Positions 49,638-63,253 of a stretch of 64,000 nt of DNA are shown here, piece after piece. Under the pieces are notes generated by a model. It saw nothing but the letters and a program-made list of their open reading frames with translations, ran no database searches and had not been told where the DNA came from. Position 1 is the first letter of the stretch; the number at the start of each line of letters is the position of its first letter. The position numbers and the translations under genes were made by a program. The stretch lies in the NCBI GenBank assembly GCA_030704615.1, contig CM060731.1, positions 18,290,001 through 18,354,000 of the forward strand, read 5' to 3'. Origin of the DNA: Takakia lepidozioides. Its lineage: Eukaryota > Plantae > Bryophyta.

Positions 49638-52600
49638 AAGTTGTAAAAGTGTGTACACGCCCCTGACTCTGTTCCTCGAAGGTCCTATTTTTTTCAGTAT
49701 CTTTTTTAATCTGTTCTCAGGTCAGGCGCCAGCTTGTTCATCGATCATTGAATGGGTTCATTTTTAAGGGAAGTGGTAAGATATCATTCCAAGCTGTTAT
49801 TCTTTTCATTCATCATTTTTTGGCCAACGGCCTTTGGTAAAATAATATGACCCAGCCCTCTCTGTAATTTGATATCAAAGGATGGTTAGGATTGTTGGTA
49901 GTAGCTTATTGATTTTAGGGAATGTTCTGTATGAAAAGCTGGAGAGCAGCTGTGCTGGCTTTTGACTGCTCTCATTCGAATGGCCCTAAGAGCAAGTTTT
50001 TGGGGAGAACTTCTGTGGGAAAGTTGTTGTTGATCAATCAAACTGATGTTTACATGATGTGATCATTATTGGTAGTTAGATACATAATGCAAGAAATCTG
50101 AAGTCTACTCGGTAGAAAGGTGTGTTTGGGTTCTTGAATCTCCAGAATGCGGATCATTGGCTGTTTCACCAAATGGAAAGGAGTGGAGAGATGCGAACTA
50201 CATGGCAGAAAGAACTATGAATTCCCATTATGAAAATATTGACACTTATCACCAAGACACCCAAACAAAATTTGGTTTAAAATCATAAAGCACAGATTAT
50301 AAGGTGGACCCAACAGAGAGAGATGATCGCCATAAGAACCTTTTCCCCTTGTGGGTAGGTACTGCCCCTTTCTTGGCTGGGCCTGACTCCAAGTGAAAGA
50401 GCATTTGAAAAAGCTAAATTGCTTTGCACTCACTGGTTTTGAAGTAGGTAACATTCCTATACGAGTAGAGGTGATCTGGTTGAATCTCTGCCCAGAACCT
50501 AGTACTGATTATGAGGGATTCATCTTTCCAGAATCTTATATTCTGTTTTCTATCCTGCTGGAAAGAAGGGAGAACTTGCAAAAAGCATCTTGGAACCAAT
50601 TTGGTGTCACGTCCCTAGGCATAGTTCTTGTGCAAGCACCACAAAGTTCCTTATCCCACAACGAGTTATGTTAGGATGAGTGAAGGAGGGGTTTCGATTC
50701 ACTTGTTTCATGCTTTTATAAGAACTGTAATCATCATTACTGAACAAAGGACCCTGTAAACAAACTTAAAATCTTCAAACTTGCTTCAGTGTAAACAAGA
50801 AGAAAAGGGAACAGGAGCCCATTGACCTCATATTAAAAAGGGGTCGCTCCAAATATTCTTAAAACCTTGCCACCCTCATTGCCCCCAGTAAAACAACGTT
50901 GAGACTTCCCATGATATGGCAGGTTACTCAACCCAGAGTGTAACTCTTACTGTGTAGAGTCCCAACACAACTATCATCATCAGTCTCCAGTACCCACTTG
51001 TCGTGTAAGATGTGATATTATGTACAAAACGCATGGCAAGTGGTGACTAACCCTACCGTCTGATGAGCGGCTACCAAGCTAAATTGATGGAAAGCTAAAT
51101 TTTCACTTCACCAAAAATAGGAGAGAATCTGGGCACAGTGGACCCTCAGTTTGATTGTACATACTTCTTTGCTTTTTGATTGGTGATTCTTAGCTCGTTA
51201 TCCAGGATTCTGGACAAGAACCCACTGCCCTTGTCCTATTCTCCACTTGCCTCAGGACCCCTTTAGGTTTGGTGGATCCTTGTAACTTCCTCTCTTTCTT
51301 TCTTTCTTTCAAGTTTCTTTCTTTTCTCATGCATGCATACACGGAGGGATCTGCTAGTTAGTGTCTTCTGATTCTGAGCATTCGGTGAGAAACCGAGGAA
51401 CGCAAACCCCAAGTAGGTAGGTACGTCAAACAACTTCGAGTCCCTGCACCATCATGGCCTTGTTCGTGTGTAAGAATCGTATCGCACAACATTGAATAGG
51501 CACAGTACAACTCTGTGAGATCGAGAAGGCGTCAAGCACATGGTACCCGCACTTGCAGACACGGGCAGACCTCTTCATGGCGTCCAGGAATGACACATAC
51601 GAGCCTGCGGCAGGGTGATTTTTTCGTGCTCTTGTTTTTCCTCCTTGCTCACCAGGGCCTCTGGCAGGCTTTGGAAAAGTATGCTGTGTCATCATCAAGT
51701 CAGATGCCTGTGCCACAACATGAAGATCACGATGCTCCAAGTGAAGGGGGGCTCATCCATGTCTTTAAGGCAGATATTCAGCAAGGATGTTACACTTGCT
51801 GTCATCATCAGCGTCATAAAAATGACTTTGTGACACTGAACCCATCAACCCAAATCTTGCAAGAGATGATGCTCAGTCAGCACCTTCTTCTTGAGATCAT
51901 TAAGAAAAATCTAAGCTTCATTCCATCATGGGTTGTAAGCAAAACTGCTTGAAACAAACAGTAGCTTCACATGACTTTGGACTCTTGCAAAACCTTCACA
52001 AACATCTGTCTTTCCCCCCCTGTTCATGAACGAATATTATTGAAGGGAGAGGGCGAAACATAACCCCATTTCATTCCTGAGCCAAGTGCATTTTCTTTGT
52101 GAAATTTGAAGAAAACAACATGCACATTCCACACAAACAGACAAAGCAACTCCACTTTTCTTTTTTTTTAATATTTAGAGAAAGGGGACAGAAGCCCTTT
52201 TGGTCAAATTAAATGAATAAAAAGTCACAGAAGGTGGAAAAAACAACCACCCCAGGGTTCTCCTCTCACTATACTTAAGGGGTCTGATTTGTGAGCAGTC
52301 GTTCCAGGGTGTTTCCCTTTCTAAAATAAAATTAAAAATAAGGGGAAGGAAAAACATAAACAAGCCCTTGTTGCCAACATCAGTGAGTCTTGCCTTTCAA
52401 GTAAAGCATGAGGAATAATAATGATAATGATAATTAAAAAACAGCCAAAAAAAAAAAAAAAACAGCATGAGGGAGCAGTGTCTCATTTTTTAAGGTTGGA
52501 GTCAGCAAGGAGCAGCCAAATGGGTGGAAGAGTGGGGGTGGGTCAGGGGGGCATGTGTCCTACAAGACCCATGTCTCAAGTATTTTTTAATGGGCTTGCC

Positions 52601-55133
52601 ATGTGCCCAAGCAAAATTAGGTTGCATGAATGCATCTGTGGCTTTAATCAAAGTGTGGGACCCTGGATCATTTGCAAGGAGAGAGGGAGTGTGCCCACAA
52701 GTGTTCCAATAGCATCTCATTGCCATCATCTGCACAGCTTTCTGAGTGGGGGAGGGGCTACTGTAGAGCAATGACTTTTCTTTCAATCTACAAAATGTTT
52801 GCTTGCAGCTTTGACCAAGTCCCCTACAAGCAATTACTGTAATCCTGTCCTGTGCCCTAAGCGGCTGTGCAGGGGTAGGTACTGACACTAAAGTAAAATT
52901 AGCAAATTAACATAGAATATAAGTTAACCTCGTGGGCCATAGAGAGGCGGCTGCGTCAGCCAATGTCAGACTCGGTTCACTCCCCAATACCCCCCCTCTT
53001 TAATGCCACAAATATTTCTGGGCTTCCTTGTATCTACACATCTTGGTACCCACCTACTTACCTACTAATCTGCAGGTGGTAGCCTCCTCTTTTTCTTCTG
53101 GGGATTGGGTACTTATTATCAAATCGGTTTTTTGCTTCATGTGGGCTACTGTATACTGTACCTCACCGGATTATCATATGAAACCAACCTTCGATCCAAA
53201 GGTCCTCATTCCTCCACTTATCTCTGAAGTCTGCTGCTCCTGGATTTATGTAAAAACCACAAGTGGGTGTACCGAGTTCCACGGCCTTGCAGAACAGGAT
53301 CATGGGCAACAAGCGTCCAAGTTTCCATCAATTTTCAAACAACAGCGAAGTTTTTCTGTTAGAACGATCACTTTTGCACCAACAGTTGCTTGCTGGGTTC
53401 CCAACGAAGAGCAAAACTGTTCTGAAAGCAAATGAATTTCCCACAATATTCACTCTACAAATACGATTACGCAAGCTTCACTCACTCCATGAAACACTCT
53501 TCTCCGAACTGTTCATGAAGAGAGCCTGTCCCACCATAGCAACCATCGCAGACAACCTCCTGCACAGCCCCGCCATTCCTGCCTGCCTCGCTCTCCTCAG
53601 TCTGTCTGCACCTACACTCAGCGAGTCGGCGCTGCTCTCATTGTTATTTCTTGTATCTTTCCGCAATATATTACGGACGATGGAACACTCATCTAATTTC
53701 CGCCATATCATACGGTATTTGGTGTAGATTCGTATACGGAGCACAGAGGTACGCGTACAATTATGCATGAAAAGAGATGTCATGCAGGGCGGGCCTCAGT
53801 TAATTAGGCTACGTTCAAAGGCGGGGCTGTCTTATCGTGCACGGCAGGCCCCCGACGGATTCGGTTACGTTACCTGCCTCGGTTACTTTAGCTTAACCGA
53901 AGTCCGTTTCTCGATCACGGGCAGGCTGAAATCCCGGGTCCGTGGGAACCGCGGTCCATACGCATCATTCCCCGGCCTGCGCAAAGGACACGACCGCGGG
54001 GAATGTACCGCGGGAAACGGAGGTTAACCGCGGCGGGTATCTGCGGCGGGAGTTAACCGTGGTTAGGCTGGGATAGAATCGCGGGTGGAACCGGCGAGAT
54101 AAGGAGGGTGGGGGGAGGGGCGGGGCTGCCCGAGGGCGGTTGCCCGCGCTGCCCGAGCCGTCTCTCCCGTGGGTGGGTGTGGGGCATGAGCAGCGCTTTG
54201 CGGAAACTGCACAAAGAGACGAGCATGCACAGCAATTGAGAGGGATTTGTGTTTGTGTGGGGGTGTGGGTTTGGATGGAGGGCAGGCTTGGTGTTGTGAA
54301 GGTTTGTGAGCTGTTGGAAGCTCGGATTTGGGGAGTCGTTGGTGCGTGATTTGGTTGTGTGTGGGGGTGTGTGTGTGTGTGTGCGGAGAGGTGTTGGAGG
54401 GGTTTGCTTGACATGAGGATTGTGCTGGTGGGTAGAATTTTTGGGATCGTAGAGACTGGGGAGGGAGGGGATGGGGCGACAGAGGTGATGAATTGAGCTA
54501 GTTGGAGAGATGAAAGCAGTCTGAGCGTACTGAAGACGAGTGTGTGAGTGGGCTGGCTATGCGCCACCAGCTGGGCGGGTAAAAGGGTGTTTTTTGGCTA
54601 ATTTGGGATTTGGGAGAGTAGGGACAAGAGATGACAGGAGCATATGCAGTCCAGATTTCTAGATAACCATGATTTTGAGGGAGTGTAACAGACAGGTGGG
54701 CGGGAACACATGGATGCTCTTAGTACTTGTTGGCAAATTGCGTCATTGTTTCCCCAATGCTTCATGGCTTGAGGGCATGAGTTTCATGAGACTCAGTAAT
54801 CCATCATTGACGTATATTGAGCGTTAGATAGAGGAAACATTTTGGTGTGGATTGCCAACATTGTCAGTTTTACGTAAGGTCTTCCAGAGATGAGGCCAAG
54901 TACGTGGCGGCAGTGGAGCTTCTTAGTTGGTTGTACGGGCAGCTTCAGGGCCAGGCCATCGTTATTTTCTTCCCGGGGTCCTGCGAAATCTTCATGATTT
55001 ATGTTCTAATCTTCTTCTTTACATATTTCCCATAATCTCCATCTCCTGTTCAACTCGTGCTCAGAGCGAGGGGCCGATCGTGGAACGTAGGATTATCAAG
55101 AGAACTTTGTACAGGTAGAGTGAGATAGGCGCG

Positions 55134-58100
55134 ATGATACTACTGGCGATGGGGCAGGGAAAATCGTTCAAGGAGTCTTTCAAGTCCCTGGAGGCTGACA
55201 TTCAGCACGCCAATACACTGTCAGTCCTATCTCTCATTTTTCCCTCCCCATTTTTCACTCTCTCTTTTGTGACGGTAAAGCTCTTTCTGATGGTGCCCGA
55301 AGACACTTGATTAATCAGCCATGCACCTTGGAATTTGTGAATTACTTTCCTGTTGCTTTATGCATGCCTTGATTCTGTCCGTCTAGTCTTTCTTTTTGGT
55401 AGATTCCAGTCGAGTAATTTCAGCAAACAGTATCTCCTTTCCCGATTTACATTTGCAAACTCTTGAATGCTTCCAGGAGGTGTTGTGATTGAGATGTATT
55501 GAGAACTTAGTTTGCACTTGCAGCAGCATTCATGTTCAGGCCGAACCTTTCAAGTTCAGTCATTATGTCAACATGAAAGAGTCTTGGTATATAAAGGTCT
55601 CCCATGAAAGCACCATTACGAAAAAGTTTGCAGTTTGCTTGCTGGCATGATAATTGCAAATGATGCCACACAGAATCTGTATTCCAGAACCTTTCCTTCA
55701 TCTTTATTGAAACGCTCTTTCTTCCAGGCCAAGCCTCTGAACAGCAGGGCCCTGTCGGAGTCCAGTTACCAATTGCCACAGATCACAGAGGTTTGAAACT
55801 TTTGAGGCTGCCTACTTTCTGAAGTTCTCCCTTTCTGCCTAGACTGTACTTAGCCTGCAGCAGGCGGTTCATCTTCCATGAAAGGAAGCCAATGTTGGAT
55901 TTTGCACTTGTGTACACTGCAGGTGATGCATTCTTTGAAGTTGACTGTATGGTAGTGGTCTTTTTTAATTGCTTTCAGAATGTGGGCCTTTCATCTAGTG
56001 GTCGAAACTCCCCATTTTAGGTTTCCAGAACTTAGTTGTCCATTCAATTCACAATCGATGGCACTCTTCCTGAAGTGTGTATATGAGATCTACATACTCA
56101 ACACAGCTGCTTCAGTCATGAAGATGGAGGCCGCAGTGTGATCCTCACCAAACAATCTGTCCAGGGTTTATGGTGACTTCCATGAAAAGTGGGCCTTGGC
56201 TACGACTTCTTCTGAGGTTCTGCAAACAGGGTTGGAAAGAGAATTTCTCTCTTACAGTTGAAGTGGCCAGGCTCTCTTACTGTTTGGGACACTCTTCACT
56301 TTTTCGAAGTGGAACAACTCAAAATCCATGCAACATGACCCTCTAAACAGACCAATGCCTGGAGACCTACAGTATGACCCCTCAAATGCCTTCACTGGAA
56401 ATCATACTTGTTGTTGGGTGGCCTGTCTGACTCAGGCAGGAAGGTTGATTTGCTCGCACTTCCCTTAATGTAACTAAAACAAAGGTGCATATGCATATAA
56501 TACAAGAGTTTCCAGATTAATTGGGCCAGTTGGGAAGTGACCTATCTCCTTCTCTTGCAGTCAAGTTGTGAATCACACAAAGCTGTGCTCTTGTATGGCT
56601 AGGCTGACTGCTTCAGGACTGAGCTATGCTATTACTACCAAGACCGAGGCCACTTGTCTAGATGCCCTAATGCTTGATTGTACAACTGTGACACAGGGCA
56701 TCTGAGTATCCCAGAGAGTATGATGGGGCATGCCTACAAATGAGACTAGCATACAGCCCTGCAGCCCACTTTCTGCTGTTCCTGGTGCGCTGGACTGACT
56801 GCAGCCTGGCTGGTGCCTTGGGCCTTCTGCGAATCCTTATCTACAAGGTCCCCTACTTTCTGTGTCCCTCTTATATCAATGATGCACTGCAATGTCCGGG
56901 CCCAGATGCTCTCTTTCCAACATCAGAAACACTGGTTGCACCTCTTCCATTCTGTTTTAAGTCTCAGGACACTCCCTGAATTATTGACTCGAGTCAAATT
57001 CAATGCTTTTGATAAAGGAAATCAGCAGTCAATCAAATTGCATTCCAGAATCCATCTGCTGGATCCAGACTTCCTGGGACGCCTGCTCGAAAGAGTACAA
57101 GGTCTCCTCAACTAGTTCCCAAGTTTTGCAGGCTATGCAATCTGTCAGTCTGTTATGTATTCTTGTTCCCCCCGAACCTTCCACCTCCTCCTATTTTTCT
57201 GTTTCCCATTTTGTATGAAATGAATACAGGTGTACATGGACGGGACCACAACCATGTCAACACAAGAGAGGAAGGCCAGCCTTCGAGAGTTCTATGGTAT
57301 GTCAATGTGTCCATCGTCATTAAATGGTCCTTGCAGTCTGAACCTGACTGGTACCATTATAAAGATCTTGTGTTTGATAGCGGTTGGTCCTCGTACGATG
57401 TACTATTTGTACTATGTAGAATGGACCATGGAATAGCTTTGTGTTACAGAGATCCCAGCCTTACTGTGCAGGTTTTGTGTGGACATCTTTATGAAAACTG
57501 CACATTGTTACATTTGCCACGATTGACAACATAATTGAGGTGATGAACCAGATAGGAATTCAGGTGAGACAGTAAGGACCAGTGAAGTCTTTCAAGTGGA
57601 TAAAAAGGAATGGGGATTGGATGGCAGCATACATATACCCATCTCTGCAGCAGCTGCAAGGGGGGATCACCGAGATGGAGGATGTGAAGCAGAAGGCAGT
57701 GTGCCAGGAGCGGTATAAGAAGAAGGTAGATGAAGAGCGCGGCCACATGTCAGAGCTGGACCTGGAGCGTGAACAGGAGTGCGGCATATGTATGGAGACC
57801 AACACCAAGATTGCTCTCCCTGATTGCAACCATGCCATGTGCCTCAAGTGCTACCGTGAATGGTGATCCCATGCCCTCTCCTCTCCACCTATAGATGTTT
57901 GATGCCTCTCCTCAGTGCAACTTTGGTATATTGAAGTCTCTACATTTTTGTTCTTTTTGAGAGAAGGAGATAATGTATTGTGTCCTTGGTTGGGAGATAC
58001 ATGTCCCTGGTGACCGGGATGGAATCTATCCTGGTGACTGAGGCCCAGTCAGGATAAGAGGTCAATAATTTCTCCCAATACCTTGCCTAGGAAGAGACAG

Positions 58101-58573
58101 ATGCCAGGGAAAGGAAAACAGGGTGGAGGGAGACAGGGTATGTAGGAGTAAGAGAATACTAACACCATGCTATGCCAGCTGCATCACTCTCTTTCTTGTC
58201 CATCGGTGTTTGACAGAGAAATTTACAAAGAGAAAGACATGGAGTATACAGAAAACTCTTGAGCACGCAGACTCTGCAATGATCTTCACAAAGAAAGAGA
58301 GTGATGTGGGGCTGACTGGCAAAAAGGGGTGTGGGGTGGGGACAATGGATGAATGGCTGCAGGCACGCACGTTCACAGTCATGCCCCTTCTGCCGGGACA
58401 GTTTGAAGCGTGTGAACTCATGTGATTTGTGGATCTTCACTGACTCGGGTGACATTCAGGACATGGTCACCCTTGCCCGGGACAACTTGCAGCGGCTTTT
58501 CATGTATATTGACAAGTTGCCTCTCTTGGTCTCAGAGAGTGTGTTTGCTGCTTATGATGCCCATATCAAGTGA
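55134..58573 (+). CDS. C3HC4 RING E3 ubiquitin ligase, AIRP2-like, 5 exons
   Basis: Exons: 55134 (or 55149)-55219, 56697-56847, 57230-57296, 57628-57862, 58363-58573. Motifs: SLEADIQHANTLASEYPREYDGACLQMRL, KASLREFY.YIYPSLQQL, and RING CGICME..LPDCNHAMCLKCY..W..SQSCPFCR. Confidence 0.92.
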
Positions 58574-59454
58574 CCCTCCTTCTTCCAGGAGTTTGCACTC
58601 CTCGACTTCAGCAACATCCTGCAGGACTCTGATATGAAAGATACAACCAAAATCGCCATCTTTGTGGTCAGGGCATCCTCAAGCCGCTTTGTACCAGTAT
58701 CTTTTGTGAAAATTTGAGCTTAGCGCATCAGTTCTCATACAGCTTAGAGGTCTGGTTAGTGTTCTGTTTCTAGGCTTTTTATGTTACAGATGGTACCCTG
58801 ATTTTTTAGGGGGTCCAATGAGACATGTACATAACAGATATTTTTGGGTCAGAGAGAATGGTGTCATCAGTCACAGCCAGAAAATAAGACTCCCTTTAGC
58901 AAAATCTAACCGGAGACTCACCATGTGGCATTTACTGCATGAATGTTAATGCGGATGCAATGAGCTCTTGCACATTGACAGCTTCTGGAGTCAATACAGT
59001 TCAGCTATTACAAGACATTCACAATTGATGAAGGAGATTCAGCATAGCAGCTGAGCCTATCTGCATGAAATCCAGTCTGGTAGTTATTACTTGTTTATTC
59101 AAGAAGTGACTTGAAGGCTGGGAAAGTTCTGCCACAGCTTCTTTGGATCTGTTGTACTATTCTGGCACCCATGTTTTGATGATAGCACTAGAGTGACCTT
59201 GAGAAAGTGGAAAACTTGGCAATGTTTTCTACGGAAGATTATAGGAATAATGTAAGAACTTAATGCAAGCGCGTCAGGACGGTCCAGCCCTGACACCCGT
59301 ACCGCCGGTTCTTCGCCTCCGGCAGACATCGAAAGGCAGCCGGCTGGGCTCGGTCAATCCCTCCCCACCCCCGCCCTCATCCCATCGGCGTCGTCGCCCC
59401 CTGCTTCGTCGTTATGCGACACCAGTCCGCCGCTTCCAGCAGTCCGCCAGTTCC

Positions 59455-62200
59455 CTGTAACCCCCGCACCAGGTTCAACCATCACCCCCATGTAACCCTC
59501 TGTAACTCCATATAACCCCATGACCTTCTGTAACCTCACCACCATGTAACCCTCTGTAACCCATGTAACCCTCTATAACACCGCAGAGTGTCACCCCCAC
59601 CCCTATGTAACCCTCACTACATGTAACCCTCTGTAACACTTTGCAACCTATGTAACCCTATGTAACCCTCTGAAACACCGCAGAGTGTAACCCTCACTCT
59701 CTGTAACCCTCTGTAACCCTTTGTAACCCATGTAATCCTCTGTGACCCTCTGTAACCCATGTAACCCTCTGTGACCCTCTATATCCCTCACCAGGTGTAA
59801 CCCTTACCACCATGTAACCCTCTGTAACACCGCAGAGTGTCACCCTCGCCACCATATAACCCTCCATAACCCTCACAAACCCTCTGTGACACCGCAGAGT
59901 GTCACCCTCATCCCATATCACCCTCGCTCCATGTAACCCTCACAAACCCTCTGTGACACCGCAGAGTGTCACCCTCATCCCATATCACCCTCGCTCCATG
60001 TAACCCTCACAAACCCTCTGTGACACCGCAGAGTGTCACCCTCATCCCATATCACCCTCGCTCCATGTAACCCTCACAAACCCTCTGTGGCTCTGTAACC
60101 CATGTAACCCTCTGTAACACCGCAAAGTGTCGCCCTCACCCCTTATGTAACCCTCACTCCATGTAACCCTCTGTAACCCATGTAACCCTCTGTGACCCTT
60201 TGTAACCCTCACCACCATGTAACCCTCTGTAACACCGCAGAGTGTCACCCTCACCCGTATGTAACCCTCCATGTAACCCTCTCTGACCCTCTGTAACCCT
60301 CACCACCATGTAACCCTCTGTGACCCTCTATATCCCTCACCAAGTGTAACCCTTACCACCATGTAACCCTCTGTAACACCGCAGAGTGTCACCCTCGCCA
60401 CCATGTAACCCTCTGTAACCCTCACAAACCCTCTATGACACCGCAGAGTGTCACCCTCATCCCATGTCACCCTCACTCCATGTAACCCTCACAAACCTCT
60501 GTGGCTCTGTAACCCATGTAACCCTCACCACCATGTAACCCTCTGTAACCCATGTAACCCTCTGTGACCCTCTATATCCATCATTAGGTGTAACCCTTAC
60601 CACCATGTAACCCTCTGTAACACCGCAGAGTGTCACCCTCGCCACCATGTAACCCTCCGTAACCCTCACAAACCCTTTGTGACACCGCAGAGTGTCACCC
60701 TCATCCCCATGTAACCCTCACAAACCCTATGTGGCTCTGTAACCCATGTAACCCTCTGTAACACCGCGGAGTGTCACCCTCACCCCTTATGTAACCCTCA
60801 CTCCATGTAACCCTCTGTAACCCATGTAACCCTCTGTGACCCTTTGTAACCCTCACCACCATGTAACCCTCACCACCATGTAACCCTCTGTAACACCGCA
60901 GAATGTCACCCTCACCCCTATGTAACCCTCATTCCATGTAACCCTCTCTGACCCTCTGTAACCCTCTGTAACCCACGTAACCCTCTGTGACCCTCTATAT
61001 CCCTCACCAGGTGTAACCCTTACCACCATGTAACCCTCTGTAACACCGTAGAGTGTCACCCTCGCCACCATGTAACCCTCACTCCATGTAACCCTCTGTG
61101 ACCCTCCGTGGCTCTGTAACCCATGTAATCCTCTGTAACACCGTAGAGTGTCACCCTCACCCCTTATGTAACCCTCACTCCATGTAACCCTCTGTAACCC
61201 ATGTAACCCTATGTGACCCTTTGTAACCCTCACCACCATGTAACCCTCTGTAACACCACAGAATGTCACCCTCACCCCTATGTAATCCTCACTCCATGTA
61301 ACCCTCTCTGACCCTCTATAACCCTCTGTAACCCATGTAACCCTCTGTGACCCTCTATATCCCTCACTAGGTGTAACCCTTACCACCATGTAACCCTCTG
61401 TAATATTGTAGAGTGTCACCCCATCCCTATGCATCCCTCACTCCTTGTAACCCATGTAATCCTCTGTGACCCTGCGTAACCCGTGTAGCCCTCTGTGACC
61501 CTGTGTAACCCATGTAACCCCATGTAACCCTCACTCCATGTAACCCTCTCTGACCCTCTATAACCCATGTAACCCTATGTGTCCCTCTATAACCCTCACC
61601 AGGTGTAACCTTCACCACCATGTAACCCTCAGTAACCCTCTGTAACACCGTAGAGTGTCACCCTCACCCCTGTGTAACCTCACTCCATGTAACCCTCTGT
61701 GACCCTCTGTGACTCTCTGTAACCCTCACCCGGTGTAACCCTCACTAGGTGTAACCCTCACCACCATGTAACCCTCCGTAACCCGTTTATCCCTCTGTAA
61801 CACCGCTGAGTGTCACCCTCACTCCATGTAACCCTCCCATGTAACCCTATGTCACCCTCTGTAACCCATGTAACCCCATGACCCTCTATAACCCTTTGTA
61901 ACCCATGTAACCCTTTGTTACTCCGCGGGGTGTAACCCTCACTCCATGTTATCCTGCATCGTGTAACCCCAATGTAAGCTTGTATCATGTTATCCCATAT
62001 ACCCCTCTCCGTGTAACTCCAGTTCCTCGTAACCCCATCATCCCTGTAACCCTCTGCACGTCAGCCCTTTAGCTCCGCCTCGTGTAACCCTCATTGTGCA
62101 ACTCTCATATTGTAACCCCACCATGTAACCCCGATACTGTATCAATCCCCTCCGTGTACCCCCGATTGTGTCATTCATAGCTCGTGTCACCCCGGATCCT
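59455..62200. repeat. Complex satellite built on TGTAACCC / CATGTAACCCTC with higher-order repeats
   Basis: There are well over a hundred (TG)TAACCC/TCACCC cores, 67-bp units at 59931/59998/60065, and a 360-bp duplication (60871 vs 61231). The array degenerates past ~61950. Confidence 0.95.
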
Positions 62201-63253
62201 TTATCCCCACGCATATCACCCCTGTTCGTGTAGCCCCTTGTGCCCGGCAAAAATTGGCGGGCTCCAAGAGGTGTCAGATATTTTGAATTCAAACCTGGGT
62301 TACACGATTCGGTGACATCAAAACCCACGTGTAACTCCATCATCACTCGTCATTTTCACCAGGTGCGTAGACGACGTGCAGTCCCGAGGGCTCCGTTGCG
62401 TTGCTCGCGTGTGTTATGCGATTTGTACTGTACTGGTGGTACTGTTGCTGCTAATGGCATGTGCTGCCGCGAAGGGCTAGACGAGGAACGCAAAGCAGCA
62501 TTGGAATCAAATGGTTTGAAAGATGAGGCGGGAGAACTCTGTCATTTGCAGCATTTGGATCTCATTTGAAATGCATCCTACAGCTGCCCATAGACGGGCT
62601 TTTCAATCACACAAACCTCCGTTGGATACGCCAGGTTTCCAGGGAAAAGGGAAACGGATATCCATCGAAGTAGCTGTCGTTCCATGGTCTTGCATTCCTG
62701 ATTTTCTGGAGGGGAGAAAGGAGTAGAGTGGATGGGAAGACCCCATTTTTATGTTCAAGATCGAAGGTACCGTAAGTTGCCAGATTTGACAACACCGCGT
62801 GCAAACAGTTATCGTCAGTGGCATAAGTAAGTCACTTATGAGGGTTGTATAAATTCCCAGCCCCACTTCTTTCTGCTAGCCTAGCAAAGTCGTATATGGC
62901 GATAACCCTCCTCGCTTTATATGCTTTTTTGCAGGTACCACTGCTGCTACGGCCCGATAGATAGGCGCACGGACCCGCCGATTGTGAAGAAGAAAGAAAA
63001 CCGATAGCAGCCTCCGATAATCAAAAAATGATAGTGTAACCAGAGGTAACAGACAGCATGCACCCAATCCATGTAACCCCTCAAGCAACTGACGTGTAAC
63101 TCCCAGTGTTACAGGCAGCAAGCACCCCTCGTGTACTGGCAGTTTAACTCTTACTGTGATTCTCAGTGTAACTAGCAGCAGTGTAGCCGATCATGAAACC
63201 CCTCGTGCATGCAACTCGTAGTGTGAATTACTGTGTACTCAGAACATGTAACT

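Noticed and set aside
53200-53245. Minus-strand DFRDKWRN resembling the telobox Myb motif
   Set aside because: It is an isolated 8-aa match with no surrounding Myb helices or supportable exon.
59455-62200. CRISPR-like array or repetitive proteins (VTEGY ORFs)
   Set aside because: There are no unique spacers or cas genes and the context is eukaryotic. The ORFs are by-products of the satellite.
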